IMG/VR virus record: IMGVR_UViG_3300020044_002114
Span: 1 to 26,876 of that record
DNA from: a virus
Taxonomy: Duplodnaviria > Caudoviricetes
Length of the DNA stretch: 26,876 nt
Reading direction: 5' to 3' (one strand)
Part shown: positions 17,820 to 25,116 of the stretch, one piece after another
How positions within the stretch are numbered: position 1 is the first letter of the stretch
Layout of the letters: every line of letters begins with the position of its first letter
The notes under the pieces: generated by a model
The model's database searches: none
The model's input: the letters and a program-made list of their open reading frames with translations, nothing else
Told to the model about the DNA's origin: nothing
Position numbers and translations under genes: made by a program

Positions 17820-18124
17820 GCTGACCACTCCCTTTCGTTGCGTCCTGAGTTGGACTTAACTGTTTTACCAGTTAGATGAATAAGACCAATCTTTTGCATC
17901 TCGTTTAAACGCCTTGCAACCTGATTGTTTTCTAGTTTGGTCAGTGATGAGATTCCATCCTTTCCAAGCGCACCATAGGTCTGTAAACACTCCAGAATGA
18001 TGTCATAGTGTTTGTTGACTACTGGCTTGATTGACTCTGCTGCTTCAAATGAAGTTAGAGGGTCTGTAGTCCTAACTCGTGGAAAGTTAGGAAATATCCT
18101 ATCGAAAGCACTTTTAATATCCAT
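17816..18124 (-). CDS. Winged-HTH DNA-binding protein
   Basis: R..DP.TS..AA N-terminal motif, then HTH (VARRLNEM..GLI) and wing (SGR...W); AGGAG RBS. Confidence 0.7.
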   Translation of the reverse strand: MDIKSAFDRIFPNFPRVRTTDPLTSFEAAESIKPVVNKHYDIILECLQTYGALGKDGISSLTKLENNQVARRLNEMQKIGLIHLTGKTVKSNSGRNEREWSA

Positions 18125-18142
18125 TATTGACTCCTATTGGGT

Positions 18143-18198
18143 GAGGGGAAAACTGCTCGACTGCAAGCTAGGAAAATCCTTTGCACAGCTCTCCCCTC
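18143..18198 (-). promoter_or_regulatory. Long structured RNA leader between ssb and the wHTH gene
   Basis: 13-bp basal stem with two G-U pairs that form only on the minus-strand transcript, plus two nested stems. Confidence 0.6.
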
Positions 18199-18212
18199 GG
18201 GTTTATATTAAC

Positions 18213-18473
18213 TCAGAACGGCATCGAATCATCGCTATCAAAGCCAGTAGCCTTGGAACGCTCAGAAGGCTTTGGCTTATATTCTTCTTTAGGAGATACC
18301 GCTAACCCCATGAACTTGCCTGACTTTCCTTCTTTGACCCATGCACTGAGCCAATAGTCTTTGCCATCAACAGTAATATTTCCCTTATAGTGAGGATGTT
18401 TATCAGTTTCTTTCTTATCATTGGCAAACAAAACGCCACTATTGTTTCTTTGCTCTGATCGATTATTTTCCAT
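18213..18473 (-). CDS. ssb: Single-stranded DNA-binding protein (small, DUF736-like)
   Basis: SGVLF.N..K....P.Y.G.....G..YWLSAW core; acidic tail ending DDSMPF; adjacent to the SSAP gene. Confidence 0.75.
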   Translation of the reverse strand: MENNRSEQRNNSGVLFANDKKETDKHPHYKGNITVDGKDYWLSAWVKEGKSGKFMGLAVSPKEEYKPKPSERSKATGFDSDDSMPF

Positions 18474-19082
18474 TTATAGCTCCTTAGCCTTTTTTAATGA
18501 TGAACGCACTTTACTAGGAAGCAGAGTCCATAGAGCTACCTTTTGTTCGGAGTCTAAGTTCTCTTTTTCCAACTTTAACCAAGCGGACAAGGGTTCTCCT
18601 TGCTCACACAGGGCAATCAATTCTATTGCCATCTCTTGTAGGTACTGAACTTCATCTGGGGGGATGTTATCCATTGCACCCTGAGTGGGCGTAATTACTA
18701 CTGATCTGCCCTCTTCAGGTAAATCTTCACCCGCATAGATGTATAGACCCAAGCCATGCAGACTCAAAGCCTTTGTCATGCAACGCATGATGGCAGTGTT
18801 TACCGCAAACGCATCGGGAGTAGGGATGGCCTTATTTCTGTAGTCCATCACAGGCAACTGACAGGTCATTGGTTTGCCAAACATGGTAGCGGTAACGAAC
18901 ACCATTGCCGTACCATTTATGTCCATAAAACACTTGTCGCCAAACATCTCTACCTTGTAGGTAGCGGTAGGATCAGCTTTAAGAGCCTCTGCCCATGCCC
19001 AAGCCCATGATAGGTAGGTCAGGTTGTTTTTCTTCTCTGTATGAGAATTGACATCTTTTTTAAGTAACGCTTCTATTGACAT
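18474..19082 (-). CDS. sak: Single-strand annealing protein, Sak/DUF1071 (Rad52-like)
   Basis: LTYLSWAWAW, LPVMDYRNK, RCMTKA...GLGLYIYAGEDLP motifs. Confidence 0.88.
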   Translation of the reverse strand: MSIEALLKKDVNSHTEKKNNLTYLSWAWAWAEALKADPTATYKVEMFGDKCFMDINGTAMVFVTATMFGKPMTCQLPVMDYRNKAIPTPDAFAVNTAIMRCMTKALSLHGLGLYIYAGEDLPEEGRSVVITPTQGAMDNIPPDEVQYLQEMAIELIALCEQGEPLSAWLKLEKENLDSEQKVALWTLLPSKVRSSLKKAKEL

Positions 19083-19083
19083 A

Positions 19084-19272
19084 TTAACTCCTTTGATTTT
19101 GATCTAATTCGTCATCGATGATTACTTTTTGTTCCTCAATATTTAATTCTTGGAACTCGACAAAGTGGTTCTCATCGCAACATTTGTAGCTTTCGCCTTT
19201 TGGTTCTAAGCAATAACAGCAGTACAAAATGTCTGCAAACTGCTCTCTGTACTGTTCAAACAATGTCTTCAT
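19084..19272 (-). CDS. Small Cys-rich (putative Zn-binding) protein
   Basis: YCCYC...CCDENHF; AGGAG RBS favours ATG 19272. Confidence 0.7.
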   Translation of the reverse strand: MKTLFEQYREQFADILYCCYCLEPKGESYKCCDENHFVEFQELNIEEQKVIIDDELDQNQRS

Positions 19273-19324
19273 ATTCACTCCTATTTGTTTATAAAAATGT
19301 GGGTTTATTACTGCCCACACCGAT

Positions 19325-19398
19325 AATGTGCCACATAGATTCCTGAATTTCTACTAGGGTTTTCCCTAATTTACGCAACTTTTTTATCATGCTAGGCT
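19325..19398. promoter_or_regulatory. Divergent promoter pair around the palindrome TAGGGTTTTCCCTA
   Basis: Rightward TTTACG(19370-75)-17 nt-TAGGCT(19393-98) with TGn extension; leftward TAGAAA(19353-48)-17 nt-CACATT(19330-25) with TGn extension; palindrome at 19355-19368. Confidence 0.6.
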
Positions 19399-19404
19399 AC
19401 TCGC

Positions 19405-19584
19405 ATGAAAACTGAAATACTTGAAAAAAGATGCGCTGAAGCCTTGCTTGGGTACTCTCAAACAATGGCAGATGCTTATACAACCGAACCAGAGGACTTC
19501 GATGCGGCTGTAACAGCTTTGCTTGCCAGAACGCTAGAACTCCATCTAAACCGAACAATCAACCTGGAGAACCTTTACAAATGA
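19405..19584 (+). CDS. 59-aa hypothetical protein, possibly leaderless
   Basis: MKTEILEKRCAEALLGYSQ...LENLYK*; ATGA-coupled to the next gene. Not in the ORF track. Confidence 0.7.
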   Translation: MKTEILEKRCAEALLGYSQTMADAYTTEPEDFDAAVTALLARTLELHLNRTINLENLYK

Positions 19585-19943
19585 CACAAGAATCAGTTAT
19601 TCAAGCATTGCAGAATGGATCGCTTACCTCATACCAAATAGAAGACTTAACTGGCATCCCTAGACTACATATTGTGGCTGCTTGCAAACATCTGCACCAC
19701 AAGAAAAGAATCACTGTTGAAAAGATTAAGCTGGGTAGGTCATGGGTTTGTCGGTACACCCTAGAACCCCACATGATTGACGTTAAACCAGTAGAAGAGA
19801 CTCGTGACATGCTAACCCCGTTTGACATTAGAAACGCTAAAGGTATCTTTTCTAAGGCTGAATATGCTTCTATGAACAACCAAGCTATTCGTTTGTTTGG
19901 CAGAAAACCAACAAATGAAATTACCAACAATCAATTTATTTGA
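19581..19943 (+). CDS. Winged-HTH protein
   Basis: LTSYQIEDLTGIP...V HTH pattern followed by a beta wing; GGAG RBS. Confidence 0.65.
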   Translation: MTQESVIQALQNGSLTSYQIEDLTGIPRLHIVAACKHLHHKKRITVEKIKLGRSWVCRYTLEPHMIDVKPVEETRDMLTPFDIRNAKGIFSKAEYASMNNQAIRLFGRKPTNEITNNQFI

Positions 19944-19949
19944 TACAAT
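19941..19949 (+). promoter_or_regulatory. Extended -10 promoter element
   Basis: TG-a-TACAAT, ending 5 nt before the first base of the structured RNA. Confidence 0.6.
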
Positions 19950-19954
19950 GTTTT

Positions 19955-20024
19955 GAAACACGGCTAGGAATGGATTGATCCCCGTTCCGAAAAGGGTTCC
20001 CACTTTTTCCTCTGCCGAGGTTTC
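19955..20024 (+). ncRNA. C4/CI-like three-way-junction regulatory RNA
   Basis: GAAAC/GTTTC and CGGC/GCCG closing stem; GGAATGG/CCGTTCC hairpin; AGGG/TCCT hairpin with a CCACTTT loop complementary to downstream AAGTGG sites. Confidence 0.65.
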
Positions 20025-20060
20025 TTTTGCTTCTAAGTGGCTTTTAAAGTGGAAAAAATC

Positions 20061-20855
20061 ATGACTACCAAAGTCGATATTTGGATGCCGCTATACATAG
20101 CGGATTACCTTTCTGCAACCTCTAGGTTGACCACAGAACAGCATGGGGCATATCTTTTGCTCATCATGGATTATTGGAAAAATGGCGCACCGCCTGACAA
20201 TGACCAAGTTCTTGCACAGATAACAAAACTGTCTCCCGATGCTTGGAGTAATGCTCGGAGTATGCTCAAAGTATTCTTCCAAGTTCAAGATGGCTTATGG
20301 ATTCAGAATCGAATCGAATTAGAGATGGTCAAAGCCAAACACAATAAACAAGTAAATGTTAAACGTGGGAAGGCTGGTGCTGAAGCTAGATGGAATAAAA
20401 ATGCTCCAAGCATAGATCAAGCATCCTCGGAGGTATGCTCGGCAGATAGCACATCACCTTCACCTTCACCTTCACCTATATCTAAACCTTCACCAATAAA
20501 AATACATACGCCTGAAGGCGTTTCTGATTCTGTTTGGCAGGAATTCAAATCTTTGAGGAAAGCCAAGAAAGCTCCGATAACCCAAAGAGCCATTGACAAG
20601 ATTTCAGAGGAAGCCAACTTAGCAGGTTGGACACTTGAGAAAGCCTTAGAGGAATGTATTGTGCGTGGTTGGCAAGCATTCAAAGCAGAGTGGGTTGCGA
20701 AAAAAGGAAACCCTGCTGACAACATAAGGCTCACAGTTCCAGCATCAAATGAGCCTGACCCAGAGCTTGAGAAGATCAAGGCTGATGCAAAAACAACTCG
20801 CCCACCAACAGCGGCAGAGCGAGAAATTCTTAATTCTTTCAGGAGAAAAGCATGA
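20061..20855 (+). CDS. Replication initiator, YdaU/DUF1376 family
   Basis: WMPLYIADYL..T..LT.EQHGAYLLL...YW N-domain; GKAGAEARW; SPSPSP linker; VW.EF..LRKAKKAP C-domain. Confidence 0.85.
   Translation: MTTKVDIWMPLYIADYLSATSRLTTEQHGAYLLLIMDYWKNGAPPDNDQVLAQITKLSPDAWSNARSMLKVFFQVQDGLWIQNRIELEMVKAKHNKQVNVKRGKAGAEARWNKNAPSIDQASSEVCSADSTSPSPSPSPISKPSPIKIHTPEGVSDSVWQEFKSLRKAKKAPITQRAIDKISEEANLAGWTLEKALEECIVRGWQAFKAEWVAKKGNPADNIRLTVPASNEPDPELEKIKADAKTTRPPTAAEREILNSFRRKA
20239..20477 (+). repeat. Iteron-like repeats inside the initiator gene (candidate origin)
   Basis: ATGCT(C/T) at 20239, 20251, 20262, 20401, 20435; inverted AAGCAT at 20408 and 20419; TCACCT x4 at 20454-20477. Confidence 0.5.
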
Positions 20856-21058
20856 ACTTTTTAGATTCTTATCCAACAGAGTTTTACATTTCAGATGTTG
20901 GTTATCTAGTGTTTAAACAAGATTGTTTTGAGTGTGGACATCAAACTCAGTTTTTGATAAGCCCTGAACAGACAAAAATACTTTTAAATTTATTGCCTGA
21001 CATGATTAAGCAACAAACAGAAAGATGGACAGGAATTCAATCTCCTGAAATTGAATGA
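20852..21058 (+). CDS. Small hypothetical protein with one CxxC
   Basis: AGGAG RBS, ATGA overlaps on both sides. Confidence 0.65.
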   Translation: MNFLDSYPTEFYISDVGYLVFKQDCFECGHQTQFLISPEQTKILLNLLPDMIKQQTERWTGIQSPEIE

Positions 21059-21711
21059 AAGTGTTGCCAATAAACAACTTTGAGGTTGAGCCTTGGTTGC
21101 TTGAAAAACACTATGCCAAGCGTATGCCACAAATAATGTTTGCGTTTGGGCTTTACAAAGATGACATTCTGGTTGGTGTAGTGACTTATGGGATTCCCGC
21201 CTCACCACCACTTTGCATGGGAATCTGTGGCAAAGAATACTCAGACAAAGTTTTAGAGCTAAACCGAGTCTGTTTGTTGGACAACTATAAAAACGAAGCA
21301 TCATTCCTTGTTGCGAATTCAATCAAACTATTGCCAAAACCTATGATTGTGGTTTCATTTGCAGATACAGGAAAAGGTCATGTCGGATATGTATATCAAG
21401 CTAGTAATTTTCTTTACACTGGCTTATCAGCTAACAGAATTGATTGGACTATAAAAGGTCAAGAGCATAAACACGCCAAAACCATAGGTGATGGATTAAC
21501 TCTTGCTGAGATCAAAGAGCTTCATGGTGATGATTTTTACTATGTCGAGCGATCTAGAAAACATCGTTACATCATGTTTCATGGATCAAAGACTGATAAA
21601 AAAGTCATGCGGTCAAAACTCAAATACGAAGTTATGCCGTATCCAAAAGGTGATTCTCAGAGATATGACTCTGGAACAACTGTAAAAACCCAACAACTTT
21701 TATTTGTATGA
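21055..21711 (+). CDS. mom: Mom-like adenine-modification enzyme (GNAT fold)
   Basis: HY, GVVTYG.P, LELNR, VVSFAD...GHVGYVYQASNF.Y.G motifs. Confidence 0.78.
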   Translation: MKVLPINNFEVEPWLLEKHYAKRMPQIMFAFGLYKDDILVGVVTYGIPASPPLCMGICGKEYSDKVLELNRVCLLDNYKNEASFLVANSIKLLPKPMIVVSFADTGKGHVGYVYQASNFLYTGLSANRIDWTIKGQEHKHAKTIGDGLTLAEIKELHGDDFYYVERSRKHRYIMFHGSKTDKKVMRSKLKYEVMPYPKGDSQRYDSGTTVKTQQLLFV

Positions 21712-21815
21712 ACTACTTTGAAGCTATGAGACTTTTAGACAAAGTGAAAGAGGGTGTGCCATACCCGCTTCACCTGATAAACACGGCACTGGAGCTTACT
21801 GGTGACTTGGAGTAG
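21708..21815 (+). CDS. 35-aa hypothetical protein
   Basis: MNYFEAMRLLDKVKEGVPYPLHLINTALELTGDLE*; ATGA overlap. Not in the ORF track. Confidence 0.6.
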   Translation: MNYFEAMRLLDKVKEGVPYPLHLINTALELTGDLE

Positions 21816-22014
21816 AAGAAACACAGAGAACCCAAGCGATAGAGTAATTCTTGAGCAAGCCGAGGCAAGAGAGCTTTATCGGAATTGGGAGTGGTCAAAG
21901 AATCGTGACCTCATAAGAGCCAGATTAGAACGAGCCGAAAGAATTTATGGCACTGGCGCAAGAGATCGCATAAGGGAATATATGAACCGAATCAAAGATG
22001 GGACACTTCTATGA
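21802..22014 (+). CDS. Hypothetical protein
   Basis: GGAG before GTG; ATGA-coupled to rusA. Confidence 0.6.
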   Translation: MTWSRRNTENPSDRVILEQAEARELYRNWEWSKNRDLIRARLERAERIYGTGARDRIREYMNRIKDGTLL

Positions 22015-22439
22015 CTTTCATGGTGACTTTTAAGTTGGATGCTGATCCTGTTGGCAAACAAAGAGCAAGGTACGCTAGGCGAGGAAACTTTGTCCAGACT
22101 TACACCCCTGACAAAACAAGAAACTACGAGGCTTTACTCAAGGATGCCGCAATCGAGGCAATGGGTAGTTCCGAACCACTAGAAACCCCTGTGAGCCTGT
22201 ATCTATATATCCGAGTCCCAATCCCCAAATCTTTTTCAAAGAAGAAGGTACAAGACTGTTTAAACGGATTGGAGCAACCGATGAAGAAGCCTGATTCGTC
22301 AAATGTCCTCAAGAGCGTAGAAGACGCAATGAATGGGGTCGTTTACATGGATGACTGCCAGATTATCAACCACCATATCACCAGAGTTTACTCAACCTTG
22401 TCGGGTGTGGATATTTGCGTAAAAGAGTATTTACCATAG
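22011..22439 (+). CDS. rusA: RusA-like Holliday junction resolvase
   Basis: PVGKQRAR, YTP.KT..YE, KKPD..N..K...DAMNG..Y.DD.QI. Confidence 0.9.
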   Translation: MTFMVTFKLDADPVGKQRARYARRGNFVQTYTPDKTRNYEALLKDAAIEAMGSSEPLETPVSLYLYIRVPIPKSFSKKKVQDCLNGLEQPMKKPDSSNVLKSVEDAMNGVVYMDDCQIINHHITRVYSTLSGVDICVKEYLP

Positions 22440-22480
22440 GGTTTATCCCTATTCCAAACATTACAAAACAGGAATAACAT
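22436..22480 (+). promoter_or_regulatory. Promoter with the palindrome ATAGGGTTTATCCCTAT abutting the -35
   Basis: Palindrome 22436-52; TTCCAA(22452-57)-17 nt-TAACAT(22475-80); AGGAG RBS downstream. Confidence 0.5.
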
Positions 22481-22504
22481 TTAATTTTCAACAGGAGTTA
22501 CATC

Positions 22505-22741
22505 ATGGAATCAACTTGGGAATTTGACACCACCATAGGTGCGGGTAGCGAGATCGTTACAGTCGTTTATGAGTATTCATCAGACGAAGACGGGACATAC
22601 AACGAGTCCATAAAAGAGGTTTGGTTTGAAACTCGCAATGTCATTGGGCTATTTTCTGATGAACAGTTTAAAGAGATGGAGTGTGAGGCGGCAATGCGCT
22701 TTCAGCACCACAAACTCAACTATAAGACCGAGGACGTATGA
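22505..22741 (+). CDS. Acidic hypothetical protein
   Basis: AGGAG RBS; ORF track. Confidence 0.7.
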   Translation: MESTWEFDTTIGAGSEIVTVVYEYSSDEDGTYNESIKEVWFETRNVIGLFSDEQFKEMECEAAMRFQHHKLNYKTEDV

Positions 22742-22824
22742 GCGAGGCGTGGCGACTAATACTTGTGGCACTTACTGCTTTTTGGGCGGGAGTGCTTAGT
22801 TTATTAAGGTTTTGGTATGACTAA
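22738..22824 (+). CDS. 28-aa single-TM peptide
   Basis: MSEAWRLILVALTAFWAGVLSLLRFWYD*; GAGGA RBS, ATGA overlap. Not in the ORF track. Confidence 0.55.
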   Translation: MSEAWRLILVALTAFWAGVLSLLRFWYD

Positions 22825-22833
22825 GGGAAAAAC

Positions 22834-23157
22834 ATGAACGAACCAACCAAAGCAATCCAATTCTTGATTGACACAGCAGAACCATATAGCAAGGCTAAAG
22901 CTAGTCGAATCTACCTTGAGGGTTTTCTCAAATCACGCAAAGCCCAACTGCAAAGCCAAGCGGGAACAGAAGTAATTGGTAAACAGGAAACCTATGCCTA
23001 CGCCCATGCCGATTACATTGAAATACTCGAAGGAATCAGGGAAGCCGTGGAGAGGGAGGAGCGTTTTCGTTGGCTTATGACTGCGGCACAAGCTCGCATT
23101 GAGGTATGGCGCACAGAGCAATACTCTGCCCGAATGGAAGTAAAAGCCACCCAATGA
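22834..23157 (+). CDS. Helical hypothetical phage protein
   Basis: KA.R.YLE.F.KS.KA...QE..AYAH..Y...IEVWRT pattern; ATGA-coupled to the next gene. Confidence 0.7.
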   Translation: MNEPTKAIQFLIDTAEPYSKAKASRIYLEGFLKSRKAQLQSQAGTEVIGKQETYAYAHADYIEILEGIREAVEREERFRWLMTAAQARIEVWRTEQYSARMEVKATQ

Positions 23158-23444
23158 ACAACAAATTGAACGCAAAGGAGAGGCTACACCTAGCAAGGGT
23201 CAAGTCTTTGCCGTGTTCAGTCTGTGAAGCATCACCACCAAGCGAAGCCCACCATTACAAACAAGGGCTTCAGTACACTTGCATCGCTTTGTGTGTAGAT
23301 TGCCACCGAAATCCAGTGATGGGATGGCATGGTCAACGAAGGGCATGGGCTATAAACAAGATGGAAGAAATAGACGCACTGAATGAAACCATCCGCAGAT
23401 TGTGCGAAGAAATGCCCACCAAAGGGTCTAAAAGCCCTTTCTAG
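23154..23444 (+). CDS. Zn-binding HNH-like nuclease (Ref/DUF968-like)
   Basis: PCSVC...EAHH...IALCVDCH...HG; start at the ATGA overlap. Confidence 0.7.
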   Translation: MNNKLNAKERLHLARVKSLPCSVCEASPPSEAHHYKQGLQYTCIALCVDCHRNPVMGWHGQRRAWAINKMEEIDALNETIRRLCEEMPTKGSKSPF

Positions 23445-23486
23445 CCTCTTTTGAGGGCTTGCCCATCCCAACCTACGCAAGACAAG

Positions 23487-23507
23487 AAAAAACCCTCCTG
23501 AGAGGGT
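23487..23507 (-). terminator. Rho-independent terminator of the minus-strand early cluster
   Basis: Minus strand ACCCTC-TCAG-GAGGGT followed by a T-run. Confidence 0.75.
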
Positions 23508-23515
23508 CTGAGGGT

Positions 23516-23569
23516 TTAGCGTTTGCCGCCAAGTATTCGCAGAATTAAGGCAATACACGCATAAATCAT
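23516..23569 (-). CDS. 17-aa hydrophobic micropeptide
   Basis: MIYACIALILRILGGKR*; ATGA-coupled to the upstream ORF; ends just before the terminator. Confidence 0.5.
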   Translation of the reverse strand: MIYACIALILRILGGKR

Positions 23570-23742
23570 AGATCGTTTAAACACGCTGTGTGTATGTAGG
23601 TGTTCAAAATCTCAGCTTCTGGGTGATACTTTTTAAGTTCTGCCACCGCATCCTCTAAAGATTCTGCGCTTGTTTCGTCATATTCAGCGTGAACACAATC
23701 AGGGTATGGGTAAAACTCAATGAGAAAAGTTCTAAAAGTCAT
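23566..23742 (-). CDS. 58-aa hypothetical protein
   Basis: MTFRTFLIEFYPY...ACLNDL*; GGAGG RBS, ATGA overlaps. Not in the ORF track. Confidence 0.65.
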   Translation of the reverse strand: MTFRTFLIEFYPYPDCVHAEYDETSAESLEDAVAELKKYHPEAEILNTYIHTACLNDL

Positions 23743-23909
23743 AAAGCCTCCACCAATTCAAGAGCTTGCGCCTTGCAATCTTCTACTTGGTCAACTGATA
23801 AGCCTCTAGCTATTTCTTCCGCTAATTCGCTTGCTCGTTGAGCTTTCTGGTCATCTGGTGCAGTTATCGCCAAAACTAGGCATTGTGTGAGTGCTTGTAA
23901 TTGTGTCAT
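23739..23909 (-). CDS. Hypothetical protein (ALTQCLVLAITAP)
   Basis: ORF track; likely ATG 23909. Confidence 0.65.
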   Translation of the reverse strand: MTQLQALTQCLVLAITAPDDQKAQRASELAEEIARGLSVDQVEDCKAQALELVEAL

Positions 23910-23922
23910 TTTGTTTTCCAAT

Positions 23923-24111
23923 TCATTCTGTTTTAAACATTAACTCGGTTTCAATATATCGACAAAAAATTTGGTGTATTTCGTCTTCTTGTTGACCGCA
24001 GAAAAACATACCCGCAGTGTCTCCAGTTTTCACGCCTAAAGCGTCTTGAATGTGTCGGCAAGCCTCATGCAAAGCATTTTCTGCAAGCTCTTGAATATCT
24101 TGTTTGTTCAT
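23923..24111 (-). CDS. Hypothetical protein (IQDALGVKTGD.AG.FF)
   Basis: GGAG RBS; ATGA overlap. Confidence 0.7.
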   Translation of the reverse strand: MNKQDIQELAENALHEACRHIQDALGVKTGDTAGMFFCGQQEDEIHQIFCRYIETELMFKTE

Positions 24112-24260
24112 TTATTCTTCTCCCAAATTTTGTAACCATTTGGCATTCTGACAATGCCATGTTGATGTTTAAAACGCTTGATTGCGTCTTTTTTGTCATA
24201 TCCGTGTTGAGTCCATGCACGATGAATCCATGATGGGATAAAAAAAAGATAATGTTTCAT
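24108..24260 (-). CDS. 50-aa basic hypothetical protein
   Basis: MKHYLFFIPSWIHRAW...IWEKNK*; AAGGTG RBS; ATGA overlaps on both sides. Not in the ORF track. Confidence 0.65.
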   Translation of the reverse strand: MKHYLFFIPSWIHRAWTQHGYDKKDAIKRFKHQHGIVRMPNGYKIWEKNK

Positions 24261-24463
24261 GCTTTCACCTTAAGTTGTTTAAACGATATGGATCGGGCAT
24301 AGTCTGACAAATGAAACTCGTGCAATATTTGGTCTGGGTTTTTCTCTGACCAATAATAAAACCCTCGTTTGGCTCGTTTTTTGTGCGTAAATTGCAAATG
24401 GTCGAGATCACAGATTCGCTCGTCAAATGATCTGGGCTTAAAGCCACTTGGAGGGTTTCTCAT
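24257..24463 (-). CDS. Basic hypothetical protein
   Basis: ATGA overlaps on both sides. Confidence 0.65.
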   Translation of the reverse strand: MRNPPSGFKPRSFDERICDLDHLQFTHKKRAKRGFYYWSEKNPDQILHEFHLSDYARSISFKQLKVKA

Positions 24464-24645
24464 GTTGTTGCCACCAATTCTTTTACATCTTGAATAAACT
24501 CTTCAGCGTGAACAACTTTATAGTTCTCGCTTCCTGTAAATTCATCGTGCGCTACATCTTCTGCATCACTTTCATTTTCTGCCTCTACTTCCAAAAAGTA
24601 AACTTGATGCTCGATTCGTACATATTGAACTTCAAACTTTTTCAT
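24460..24645 (-). CDS. Acidic small protein (EVEA..E..A motif)
   Basis: AAGGTG RBS; ATGA overlaps. Confidence 0.65.
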   Translation of the reverse strand: MKKFEVQYVRIEHQVYFLEVEAENESDAEDVAHDEFTGSENYKVVHAEEFIQDVKELVATT

Positions 24646-25046
24646 GCTGACACCTTGTCATAAATAGCCCATTGAGCCGTGTCATATCCGTCTAAGTCAG
24701 GGATTGCGTTAGAGATGATCGCCTCGATAAACTTAGAAGCCAGAGAGTCCTCAAATTCTGGATGTTCGCAAGATTGATAACGCAAGCACTGAGCCGCCTT
24801 GATCGCTTGAATAGCCGTGAGAATGGGTGCGCCTCGGTCGTAATCTATTTGCGTGGTTTCGCTCTCGCCATAGCGATAGTTAACGCTTTTCACGTTTTCT
24901 TCAAAAAGAATCTGCGCCACGGCTTGCTCATTGCCGAAAGCGTTTAAACGCATTACTGTTGCGCCATAGGAAACGCCCACCTTATGCCTTGAGGCATAGC
25001 GAACCAGAGCGTTGATGTGGGAGTCGGAAACAATAAAAGCTGACAT
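24642..25046 (-). CDS. Hypothetical phage protein (EN..SV.YRY / C..YQSCE)
   Basis: AGGTG RBS favours MSAFIVS at 25046. Confidence 0.7.
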   Translation of the reverse strand: MSAFIVSDSHINALVRYASRHKVGVSYGATVMRLNAFGNEQAVAQILFEENVKSVNYRYGESETTQIDYDRGAPILTAIQAIKAAQCLRYQSCEHPEFEDSLASKFIEAIISNAIPDLDGYDTAQWAIYDKVSA

Positions 25047-25116
25047 TTTGAACACCTATTAAATGATGCGACATTGCACCGAATAGACCCAACCCGTGAG
25101 CCTACCCGTTGAAATT
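25047..25116 (-). promoter_or_regulatory. Double-hairpin intergenic leader (divergent copy)
   Basis: 11-bp G-U-rich stem 25081-25107 plus GGTGC/GCATC hairpin before the RBS. Confidence 0.5.

Noticed and set aside
16478-19010. Plus-strand ORFs opposite the recombination arm
   Set aside because: Antisense to a tightly coupled minus-strand gene chain with clear RBSs.
19955-20024. Cloverleaf-like fold as a tRNA
   Set aside because: Only two internal arms, no anticodon arm geometry and no CCA end, despite a GTTC-like segment.
20852-21058. Com-like translational activator upstream of mom
   Set aside because: Only one CxxC pair, whereas Com has a four-Cys zinc ribbon.
24240-24247. A8 tract as a frameshift or phase-variation site
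   Set aside because: The 50-aa ORF is in frame and coupled at both ends; a run of this length is unremarkable here.
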